Below, piece after piece: positions 43,601 through 55,600 of a DNA stretch of 64,000 nucleotides (within the stretch, counting starts at the first letter, position 1; each line of letters begins with the position of its first letter). Source of the DNA: a virus; IMG/VR virus record IMGVR_UViG_3300046535_000406, positions 1 through 64,000 of that record; one strand, given 5' to 3'. The position numbers and the translations under genes are program-made. The notes under the pieces are model-generated. The model was not told where the DNA came from. It saw nothing but the letters and a program-made list of their open reading frames with translations, and searched no databases.

Positions 43601-46600
43601 TTGCCCTGCGGCGTGATCACCTTGTCGCCGAACTTCCACGGGTTCGGCGCGTACGGGCTGGCCTTCAGTTGGTCCAGCGTGGCCGTCTGGATGACGGATG
43701 AGCCCTTCATCGAGAGGGTCACATCGCCGACCGGGCTGATCGAGGTGATCATGGCGTTGACGCCATTGGGGAGCAGCGCGTAGTCGCCGACCTTCCACGG
43801 CTGGGGCAACTGCTTCAGCAGCAGCTGGTTGTACGTCTCGACCACCGGCGGCAGGCCCTCGGGTGCCACGTTGACGAGCAGCCCGGACGGAGAGGCGGCG
43901 TTGGTGACCACGCCCATCTGGCCCTTCGGCGTCATCACGAAGTCGCCGGTCTTCAGCGGATTGGCAGGCGGCTCGGGAGCCTTCAGGTCGGGGATCGCCG
44001 CGCTGGCCGGGTTGCCGCCCACGTCGAGCGTGATGGTGTCGGTGCTCACGTTGGTGACGGTGCCGACCTTGCCGCTGGGAAGCTGGCCGATGTCACCCGC
44101 CTTCCACAGCTTGGGGATCGGCTTGATGTCCTGCCCGACCAACGTCTGCGTGGTGCCGTCTTCGAGCGCCACGGTCACGGTGGCCGGGTTCACGGTGCTA
44201 TCGACCGACACGACCTCGGCGAGCCCGAAGCCGGAGGCGAACACCGGGTCGCCGGTTTCGAGGTTGCCGACGCCCTTCTGGACGATGGTGACCGAGGTCT
44301 TGCCCAGCTGCTGCACGTTGCCCGTGGTGTTGCCCGAGTAGAGGGCCTTCAGGTAGTAGCCGGTGTCGGGTATCTCGGTGACGACGTAGGGCTTGCCGCC
44401 GGTGTAGTAGACGACCGTGTCGCCCACGGCCACTTCGGATGCGGGCCACGTCTGGACGTAGGACAGCTGCGACATGGGGATGTTCGCGCCGGAGCCGTAG
44501 CTCTGGATGGTGACCTTCGCCTTGCCGTTCTTGAAGACCTTGACGATCTTGCCGTAGTTACCGTCCTGCTTCAGCACCCAGTCGCCCACGGCGAGCTTGT
44601 GGGCCGAGAGGGCCGCCTTGGACAGGGTGGGCGCAACGACCTTGGGCACGTTCACGCCGGTCGGCGTCAGGAAAGCTACGTTGGTCCACGACTTGGGATA
44701 CGTGTCCCAGTCCACCAGCACGGTGCTGCCGCTGGACACCTCGGTCACGGTGCCGGTGCCGAAGCTCGGGTGGGTGACCTGATCGCCGACCTTCAGCCCA
44801 GCCGGGGCCGTGCTCGCCTTCACGGTCGCGACTGTCCCCGGCTCGACCTTGGTCAGGGTCGAGATGCCGACCAGCTGCTTGCCGTTGGCCCCGAAGTCCA
44901 CCATCGCGGTCGGGCTGTAGGGGGTCTTCTCAATGACCGTGCCGGTGCCGTAGAGGGGCTGAGCCACGGTGTCCCCGGGCTTGGGGACGTACGTCTCACC
45001 GGCGGACGGCACGGGCTTGACGATGCTGGCGTAGGCGCTGCCGGGTCCACCCTTGGCGGTGCTGACCGTGCCGCTGCCCTCCCACTTCACCGTGACGGCG
45101 TTGTCGCTGACATTGGTGACAACGCCGCTGGTGCCGGTGGGGGTCCACTTCACCTTGTCGCCGACGACGAAGGTCGCAGGGACTGGCTCGGGCGCCACGA
45201 ACGGGGTCAGGTCGCTCTCCGCCTTCAGGAGCGGGTAGCCAGTCACGTCGGAGGTCACGATGACCATGCCGCTCGGCTGGTTCAGCTGGGTCACGGTCGC
45301 CGTGATGGGCTGGTTTCCGGCGTCAGTGAACGTCACCTTGTCGCCGATGGCGTACTTGGGCGCGGCGGCTGGCTTCAGGAGTTCCGTCTTCACGGTCAGG
45401 GTGCCCGTCCCGGAGCCCACTCCTGCTGTCCCGAGGGTCACGTTGGCCTTCGTGCCGTCGTCGGTCACGTAGGCGATCTTGCCGGTCTGGCCGGTCGGCA
45501 CGGTCACCCAGTCGCCTTGGTGAAAGCCCGGTTGGACCTTGACCAGCGTCAGGTCCTTCGTCTCCTGAGTGAGGTTCGCCGTCATGGTCGTGACATGGGC
45601 CGTCAGGCCGTCGGGAGAGAGGTAGTTCACGACGCCCTCGTCGCCGCCGTAGGTGAGCACGGAGTCGCCGACCTTGATCTGAGGCTTGGGCGTGAGCTTC
45701 GCTGGGTTGTAGATTTTCGATGACGGGGCGTTGGGCGACGTGAGCGGGTCGAACGACACCTCGACGGTGGCCGAGTTGACTTGGGCGATCGTGCCGATGC
45801 CGTAGTCGTTCGTCAGCACCTTGTCGCCGACGGCAAACTTGGGCGCAGGCGTGGTCGCCGTGATCCAGCCCTTGTTCACGCTCTCCGGGACCAGCACGAA
45901 TGGCGTGCCGTCCACGCCCATCGCCTGCACGTTGCCGGTCACCGGGAACAGCTTGGTGACGGTCAGGTTCTGGCCGCCATAGTTGACGTGTTCGCCGATG
46001 CGGAACGGCGCCGGGTTGGCGTTCTCCAACTCGCTCGGCTCGAACGTCACCTGTGTGGCGTGCTCGTCGTTCAGGATCACTTCGATGTCCAAGCCGTCAG
46101 GCGAGATGGCCGTGATCGTGCCCGTCTCGCCGTCGAAGGCGCCACCGATCGCCTTCACGGTGACCTTGCCACCGACCTTGGGACCGACAGCCGCCGACAA
46201 CTGGGAGGTTGGGAAGTAGCCCCATACGGGCTCGCCCGGGAACTCGACTCCCCACGTCATCTCGCCGTTCACGATCCCGTGGGTGCCCATGACGGTCCCT
46301 GTCTTGCCGTTCACGCTGACGGTGTCTCCGGCCTTGGGGGTAAGCGGGCTCGGGACAGCGGCAGGCGTCAATGTGCCTGCCTTGGCAGAGACGATCACCT
46401 CGTTCTGGGCGAAGGTCCCCGTACTCCCATCGAGCATGGTCACGTCCATCATCTGGCCGTTCAGTGACACGTAGTTCACGGTGCCCATCTGCCCGCCGTA
46501 CGTGGCGACATCGCCGGTGGCGTCGCCGCCGCCGGGCTTGACCACGATTTCGTCGCCCACCTTGGCGAGCACAGGCGGCGGAGCACCGACCAGCTTCAGG

Positions 46601-49600
46601 TTCACCTGCGGCGACTCAAGCCCCTGCGCTCCACCGAACCCCGGCCACTTCACATTGGCGGTCTTGGATACGTCGTTGATCGCCACGACCGTGCCGCCCT
46701 TGTATGCGGAGTTGCCGTTCATGTGGTCCACGATGTCGCCGACCTTCAGGCCAGCTGGCTCAGCCGGTTTCGCGAGCAGCATGTCCTTGCCGAAGAAGGG
46801 CAGGCCCGGCGCACCGGCAACGTGGTATTCGTCCACGCCGTCGATCGAGGCGATCACGTCCACCTTGCCGTTCGGGAGCACGACCTGATCGCCGATGCTG
46901 AAGGCCGCCTGCTTGGTGGGCTCGGCCACCTTCGTCACGCTGCCCGCCGGAACGATGTCGCCGGGCGCGAAGGTGTTGCCGATCGACAGCTGCACGTTGC
47001 CGTTGTCGAAGGTGTGCATGACCTTGGCGTACTTGCCGTCCGGCTTCAGCGCCCAGTCTCCGACCTTCAGGCCCTCGGGCGGGATCGGCGTGAAGGCCGG
47101 GACCACGCCCACCTTCACGGCGTGCTCGCCGTTCATGTCGGCCCAGAGATTGCCGTCTGAGTCCTTCACGTCGATCAGGCCGTTCGGCTTCACGGCCATG
47201 ACCTCGTACGTGGGCGGACCGGAGCCGACGAACTTCACCTTGTCGCCGACAGCCAGTGTCGTCGGCGGCGGCTCGATCACGCCCTTCGCGAAGGAGACGG
47301 CAGGCGCGACCTTCGAGAGGTTGGGGTTGGTGGCGGCCTTGTGCACGACCGCGCCGGACTGGGTCGTGATCGTAAGCTCGCCGGACTGGCTGATCTGGGT
47401 GACGGTGCCGGTCTGCATGGGCGTGCCCAAGCTCGGCTTCCCCCACTGCACCTGATCCCCGAGGTTGTAGCCGCCCGCCTTACTGCCCGGGAAGACGACG
47501 TTCGGGGTGGTCGCGGTGTAGGGCGTCACGTCCTCGGGCTTCAGCTTGAACGTCGTGCCGCTGACGGAGGTGACGCTCAGCTTCCCGTTGTGGTCCACGG
47601 AGGTCACGAAGCCGTTCAGCCCCTTGCCCCAGACGATGTGATCGCCTGCCGCGTAGCTGCTTGCGACGGTGGTGGCAGGGACCGGCTTGGGCGCTGACTG
47701 GATCGTCGGCGCGATGCCGGGCGCAGCCTTGGCTTTGACTTCGTCGGCCTTCAGGTCCTTCAGCAGGGCCTCGGCGTCGAGTCGGCCCATCTTGATGTCG
47801 CCCTTGGTGGCAGCGGTGCCGTAGGCCACCTCGAACAGGTTGCGCAGGTCGAGCGGCATCCCGCCCACGATCGACGCCCGGACGACGGTGTATTCGATGC
47901 CCGGCGTGGTTTCCATGGCCTCCGCCATGCGCTTCATGTGGGCCAGCAGCAGGGTGGGCGTGTAGTCGCCTTCGGCGCTTGACACCTCGATGCGCTGGCC
48001 GATCCGCCGCCACTGGACCTTCAGGGCCTGATTGCCGTCGCCGTAGATCGTCTCCTTCAGGGCCTTGTTGGCCGTGCCCGCGAGGTGCACCGGGTGGATC
48101 GTCTGCTCGATGTCAGGGATCGACGCCAGAGCGATCGCCTGCGGGTCGTAGCCCTCGATGGTGCCGAGTGTCGAGAACGTCGGAGCGACCGGCGGTGGGG
48201 CGACGGTCACGATGGTGGGCGCCTGCCCATCGGCCACCAGCTTGTCCCGGATGGCCTGCACGTCCTCCGGCTTGAACGCCATGTCGTTGGTCTTGGACAG
48301 CACGCCGCCGTACGCCTTCAGGGTGTCGCGCATCGACAGGCTGGTCGCGAGGAAGGCGTCGGAGTCAATGCGCAGCCGGTACAGGGAAGGCGTCTTGTCG
48401 AACAGGTCCGCCGCGTGCTGGATGAACGCGAACGCGACGTTGTCCGCGATGTGCTCGGATGGCGCGGTCAGCTTCAGAAGCTCCACCCGGTTGCCCAGTC
48501 GGCGGTAGTCGAGCGAGGAACCGCCGCCCCAGACGACGTGCTTGACGCTCGTGTTGGCACCCGACAGGTAGGCCGCCTTCTCGTTCGTCTCCACGCCCCA
48601 GTGCATGGCGAAGTTGTCCACCACGGCGGGGTCGTATCCGGGCACTGAGCCGAAGGCGAGCGTCACCGGGACAGCGTTGGTCGCGGCTCCCACCTCGGAG
48701 TCGAGGTCGGACACGATCTGGTCCACGTCGGACTTCAGCAGCTTCTGGCTCGGGTCCCAGCCAGCCTCCTCCAACCATGTGCGCACGGGACCCGGTTCGA
48801 GGATCGGCCCCTTCAGGTTCAGGTGAGTCAAGGACGGCGTCGCGTCCATGTAGTCGTTGAACTTCCGCATCTGGGCGGCGAACACACCCAGCTGGTCGCC
48901 GGTGGTCTGCCATAGCTCCAAGCGGTTGCCGATGCGCCGCCACTCCGCCGTGCCGCCGTCGATCGCGCCGGTGCCGTAGTGCGTCTGCTTCATGGTCGTG
49001 TTGGCGCCCGACAGGAGCGAGTGGCCGCTGACCGACTTCTCGTACTGGACGGTGTAGAGGGACGCCGTCAGGGGGTCGTACGCGCCGACGGTGACGGGAT
49101 TGGGCACTGCCAGCGTCGCGCCGGTCAGCACGCCCGTCTGGGGCGGCACAGGGAGCGCCTGTGGACTGGCGATGCCCGACGCCTGCTTGATGTCCTTGGC
49201 AAGCTGCTGGGCGTCTTCGTAGGGCAGGATGATGCGGGTCTGGGAGCCGCTGAGGTCCAGCGATCCGTTGTAGTGGTCGAGCAGCATGTTCTTCCAGTGC
49301 TCATCGATCACGGACAGCGCCTGATCCTCGTAGATGAGCTTCTGCCCGTAGCTCAGTGACTCACCGGCGTACTGGGTGACGACCATGAAGGTCGTGTTCT
49401 GCATGGCGATAGGCGAGGTCAGGTTCAGGATGCGCATCGGCTTGGTGGCGTTGGGCGGGTAGTCGAGCGTCCCGCCGATGTCGAACTTGCCCGCCTTCCA
49501 TGACAGGCTGAGCGCGCCACCTCCGAGGGCCAGCGTGTCTGGGATGGCTCCGATGGCGGCTGCCATCTGGGCGATGTCCTCGGTGGCCCAGCCTGCGAAG

Positions 49601-52600
49601 TCAATCGACCCGGCGACCTTGGTGCCACCGGCTGCCAGCGATCCGACGGTGATCAGCTGGGTGTCCGTGGAGAGTTTCGTCGCGAGGTCCGTGGCCTGCG
49701 CAGCCGTCAGCGTCAACCAGCCGTACTGGCTCTCGACCGCGCCCGCCTGCTTCATCAGGTCGCTCAGCGTGGGCATGGCGTTGAGGAACGAGGTGGGCAC
49801 GATCAGGTTCTTTGGCGCGATCTTCAGCGGGTCGAGCGGGAACGAGGCGATGCCGGACAGCGCGGCCAGATACGAGGCGTCGCTGCCCAGCGTCGTGCCG
49901 CCGATCGAGTAGAGGACCAGATCGCCTTGCAGGTTCTTCTTCATCGAGGCGTACAGGCCGCCGATCGCGCCGCCGACGGGCTTGACTTGGTACGCAGACT
50001 CACCCGTGGCGAGTTGGGTCTGCCAGCCCTTGTCGAACTCAGCCTTGCTGACGCCCAGCTTCTGGAACAGGCCGCCGACTGCCCCCGGCGGACGGGTCAT
50101 CTTCAGTGTCGCGGGGCTCGTCACGAGCGAAGTGCCGTCGGGGAGCTTCATCACGATCATCCCGCCGGACACGCCCTGCGGCGGAGTGATTTCGCTGACC
50201 ACGCCCGAGGAGCCTGACGGCGTCGTCACGTGGTCGCCGATCTTGAACGGATTGGTGGGTACGACAGGCGTCGGTGCGGCCCCGGCTGGCTTCACCAGCG
50301 CCCAGACAGGCCACTTGTCGATGTGGCCGTCGGCGTATTGGACGGTCGCGCCGTAGAAGTCGAGGCCAGTGATCGACTTGATTTCGACCTTGGTGCCGCT
50401 CGGCAGCAGGGCCGTGTCACCCACGTTCCACGTCAGGAACGGGTGCAGGTTCTTGGCGCTCACGTCCTGCGCGGTCGCGCCGTCGAGCTTGGTGACCGCG
50501 TACGTGCCGTTCGGGTGGATGGCAGAGATGATGCCGTCTTGGCCGTCGAGCGAGGACACGCCGGTGCCAGAGATGTGGACCTTGCCGTCGATCCGCAATG
50601 GCGGGCCGTGCTGGACCATCACCACCTTGGCGTCGCCGATCCCATAGGCCGTGGTCGAGCCCCCGGTATCGACCGCGATGGTCAGGATGCCGTTCGGCGC
50701 GATCTGGGTGACCGTGCCGGTCAGGCCCTCGATTTCGACCTTGGCCCCCACGGTGATGCCCGCAGGCACCCCGCCGGGAGCCATGACGCCGGGCGCCGTA
50801 CCCGGAGCGGGCGCCAACTCCTCGGCCTTGAACGAGACATAGGGAGCGCCGGGCAGCGCCACGTCGTAATACGTCTCGCCGGACGAGAGCAGCCCCACGT
50901 GGGTGATCGAGCCGACCTGCCCGCTGAACGCAGCGCCCTTGGTGACCAGCACCGCATCGCCGACCTTGAACGGCTCGGTAGTCGCTGCCGGGACCCGCGC
51001 CAGTTCCGTCGGTGCGACGGGGAAGGCGTTGGCCGCAGCGCCCTTGACGGTGATCAGGCCGCTGGGCGAGACTGCTTGGATGGTCACCTGCTCCGGGTGG
51101 GCGAAGCCGGGTGGCTGCCAGAGAGCCTGATCGCCGACCTTCCACGGCTCGGCAGCAGTCGTCACGGCACCCGTGCCCGGCGTAAGGCCCGGGTACTTGC
51201 CGAGCTTCAGGTCCTTCTGAACCTCGGAGACGGGGCTGGTGAACTTCGCGCCGCCCGTGACGGCGATGACTTGGTTCGCGTCGATGGTCTGGACGATCGC
51301 TCCGTGTTGGAGCTTGTCGCCGACCTTCACCACGTTGTCCGGGTTAGCCCACGCCCAAGCCTCGCTGCCGACAGCCTTGACCTGTATCTGGACCGGCGTG
51401 ATCCCGGTGTCGATCTTGGTGATCGTGGCGTGGCCCAGCGTCGGGTGGATGACCGCGTCGCCCACCTGCGGAGCCACCGAGGACAACTCGCCGACGGTGA
51501 AGCTCTTGTAGGCGCCGGACGGCAGGGTCACCTCGATCACGTCACCGGGCAGGACCTTGTTGACCTTGCCCACGCCGAACGCGGTCTTCACCACGTCGCC
51601 CTGCACGAAGGTGGTGACGGCGGCCACGGGGGTGGCTGTTCCGACCGCCCACGCCGGGCTGCTGAAGCCGGGTTTCACGAGCGACGACACGGCCATCCAC
51701 GTGGTCGAGCCATCCGGAAGCTCCACGAGCGCGAGTGTCCCGACCGGGTCGATGGTCTGAACGGTGACCATCTGGCCCTTGCCGCTGATCTGCTCGATGA
51801 CCGTGTCGCCGACCTTCAGCGGCGGCTGGGTCACGCCGACATCCGGTACGTGCTTCAGGCCAACGGTGGTCGGGTCGATCAGCAGCCCCGCTCCCGCTCC
51901 GGGCGAGATGTCCCACGTGATGCCGACCTTGCCGTCCGCCACGTTCGTGATCGTGCCGGTGGCGTCCCACATATTCGCGACGTGATCCCCGACCTTGAAC
52001 GTGGCCGACGGCTCGACGTGCTTCAGCATGACGTTCGGGTGCGTGGGATCGAAGGCGGTGCTCGTGATGCCGCTGTCCCACGTGACGGTCACCTTGCCTG
52101 CGTCTGGGAACACGGCAGCGATCACGCCCTTGGTGCCAGAGAGGCCGCCGGACTGGACCTTGTCGCCGACGCGGAAGCCAGCAGCAGAGGGAGCCGCAGG
52201 CGCAGTAGGCGCACCGAGCGACCCGGTCTTGGTGAGGGGAACGCCGAGCGTCGTCGCGTTGGGGTCCACGTGGATGGAGGGTGAGGTTCCAGTGGCCCAG
52301 TGCACGTCGATGAAGCCATCGGCATGGACGAACGTCACCGCGCCCTTCACGCCTGCGCCGTTGACGAGCGTGTCGCCGACCTCCCACGCGGGCTGCGACC
52401 CGATGAACGTCAGGTTCGCGTTCCATGGCTCGGTCGCGAACAGCTTGCCATCGGCGGTGGTCTTCAGGAACAGGATGTCCGGCTCGATCTTGGTGATCGA
52501 GCCCTCGTTGCCGAGATAGTTGACGAGGTCGCCGATCTGCCATTGGTGGGCCAGCGACAGGTCGGCGATCGAGAAGGTCTGCTCCCCGAAGCCGATCTTC

Positions 52601-55600
52601 ACGAGGGCCTTCTGCCCATCGGCGCTGATCGAGGCGATCAGGGCGGGCTTGTTGTCGAGGGTGTGCACCATGTCGCCGGGCTTCAGCGACGTGATCGCCT
52701 TCACGATCGGCTTCAGCTGGTCCGCGAGGAAGTAGCTCGTCACGCTCGGGAACTTCACGTAGAACGTGCCGCCCGCCACGGCATCGATCACCGTGCCGAT
52801 CCCATAGGTCGCGTGGAGCACGGTGTCGCCGATCGCGAACGCTGCCGGGGCGACCGAGGCGACCGCCGCCACGTCGGTCAGGTCGTTCAGCAGCGAATGG
52901 ACGAGGCCGATGGTGTTGGGGCGGCTGAGTATCCAGCCACCGAGCACGCTCGACGGCTTCAGCCCGGCAGCCGTGAGCATCTGCTTGGTCTTGTCGCCCA
53001 GCACGTTCATAACCGCGTCATCGATGCGGACCGCGAGGTGGTTGACCCCGTACAGGGCGGGGTTCTGCATCACGCCCGCGAAGTATTGGAGTTGCCCCAC
53101 CAGCGCCGCCGCCACGTCAGGCTCGCTTACGTTCTCGCCGGTGATCACTTGGTTCAGCCGGAGGTTGCCGTTGGGCGACGTGTCCCAGTAGAACTCCACG
53201 TCGCCGCCCTTGCTGGTCGTCCACACCTGCTTCTGCGGGTGCGACTTCAGGTCAGGGCCGTCAGGCGTCGGGATGCCGGTCCCGGTGCCGTTGACGAAGT
53301 TGTACGCCTCGTGCTGGTCGAAGCCCCACTTCTCGCCGATGCCCGTGGTGCCTTGGGCCGACAGCTTGTTCGGCGTGGCCGTGACCACGTGGCCCAGCGT
53401 CTGATCGAGCGACTTGGCCTGCGCAGCAGGGTGCATGGCAGCCGTGGTGATCCCGGGTGGCGGCAGCAGTGACGTGATCGAGACGTTCTGGTCGGTGGCC
53501 TTCCGGAGCAGCTGAAGCTGCGGAGCGTCAAGCCGCCACGAGCCACCCTCGCTCTTGCTGCCGAGCACGGTGAACAGGTCCGCCAGCTTGGCCGTCTCGG
53601 TGGTGGAGACGGTGACTTCGACCTCCATGCCCTTGTCGGCCTGTCGCAGGATTTCCTTCAGCAGGATCGCCCGGCGCGTCTCGATGCCGGTGACCTTCCA
53701 CTCGGGCACGCCCATGCGGACGAAGCTGCTGGCCGCGTTCGGGTAGAACAGGTTGATGGGCTGATCGGTGGTGCCGATCTTCCAGTGCACGCTGCTCAGG
53801 ACTTCGTCCGGTGCCTTGCCTTCGCTGACGAACAGCGAGGTGTCCCATGCGGGCTTGGCGACGCCGTACGTCTCGAAGAACGGGTCCGCCGGAGCCTCCA
53901 CGCCATGGGTGGCGAAGTGCGTTGGCGTGTTCGTGCCGACGATCTGTCCCACGGCGATGGTCGGGTCAGCCGGTCCCAGCTTGGCCGCGAGGGTGTCAGT
54001 GACAGCCGGTGTCAGTGTCAGTGTCGGGGCGTCAGCCGACAGGGCGGTGGGATCGGCCATGATCTTGGCGACCTTCACCGCATCGCCGTTGCCGATCAGC
54101 AGGGTCTTGCCGAAGCCGGGCACCTCGCCCGGGATGCCCAGCAGGGCGAAGTCAGCCTTGCCGAAGCCCATGGAGCCCTCGATCGAGAGGTCCCAGCCCT
54201 TGGGCAGGTTGGTCACCATGGCGAGCATCGCGTTGGCCCGAAGCTGGGCCATGGCCGGATCAGCCGCCGCCACCAGCACGCCGCTGTCGTTCTTGAACGC
54301 CGTCAGCACCCAGCGACGTGTCTTGGCCGCTTCGTCGTCGCGGAAGAACACCGAGGACGTGCCATCTGGTCCGCCCGGAAGCTCGACCTTCATCAGCCCG
54401 GTCGGCATCGAGGTGGGCGTCCAGACGCCAGCCGATGCCTCAGCGATCTGGGGGTCGTACCCCAGTTGCTCGTGGAGGAACGGCGATCCGCCACTCACGT
54501 CATCGGGGGACATGCCCAGCAGGCGGGCAGGCGGCTCGGTGATCGGAGGCGCGACCGGCGGCAGGCCAGCCTGTTCGAGGTAGGAGTCGAGCACCTTGGT
54601 GTCGCGGGAGTCGGGCTTGTCGTAGCGCAGCAGGACCGGGCGCACCTCGGACGGAGTGCCCAGTCTTACGCTGTACGTCTCCTTGATCGTCTTGGCCCAC
54701 GCCGGACCGCCGCCTGTCCGGTGGGCCACGTAGTAGCGGGTGATCGAGCCGTTGTCGGTGGCGGTGAAGTCACCGAGGTACTTGTCAAGCTCCACGCTGA
54801 AGCCCATTTCCTCACGGGCCTCGCGCACGGCAGCCTGCGCGGTCGTCTCGTTCAGGTCCACGCCGCCCTTGGCGAAGGTGTTCTCGTAGCCCGCCCAGCG
54901 GTTGCGCGGGGAGATGATCCACATGCGGCCATCGGGCTCGACCAGCACCACGCCTGCACGGAGGCTGTGTGTGCCCTTCTTTGCCACGTCGTAGGCGTCG
55001 ATCGTGTCCAGCTGCTTCTGGCTGTAGCCCAGCGTGTCCTTCCAGAACGCATCGCTGTTGGTGTCGAGCCCACCCTTGACGGCCTTGTCCAGCGCATCGA
55101 GGTCGGCCTTGGACTTGGCCGCGTAATACTGGCTGCCGATCTTCTGCTCGAACAGGCCAGCCTTCTTTGCGGCGTCCGACTCGGCTTGGCTCCACGTGAT
55201 CGCGTACTTGGCCTCGCCCGACTGGACGGCCTCCCAGCGCAGCCACGCCTTGTCGGCGGCCTCGCGCATGTCCTTCAGCTGCCAGTCCGCCACGGCGCCT
55301 TCAGGCAGCGGAGGCTCCTCGGGCACATGGCCGGTCCAGTCAACCGGCGGCGTGTTCAGCGGAGCGATCCCTTCGACGGGGATGGGCTCCACCGTGGTGC
55401 CGGGTTCGAGCACCGGCGCCTTCTCATCGATCTTGAACGTCAGCCCGTCGAACGGCGTGTCAGGCTTTGGCGGGGCCGTGAACGACTTGAACGGGACGCC
55501 CGTGTATTGGTAGCCCGGCACGACCCCGGTGTCCGGCACGAGGTCTACGACCGAGACGTTCTCGGCCAGCCCAAGCTCCTTGCCGTCGGTGACGCGCACG

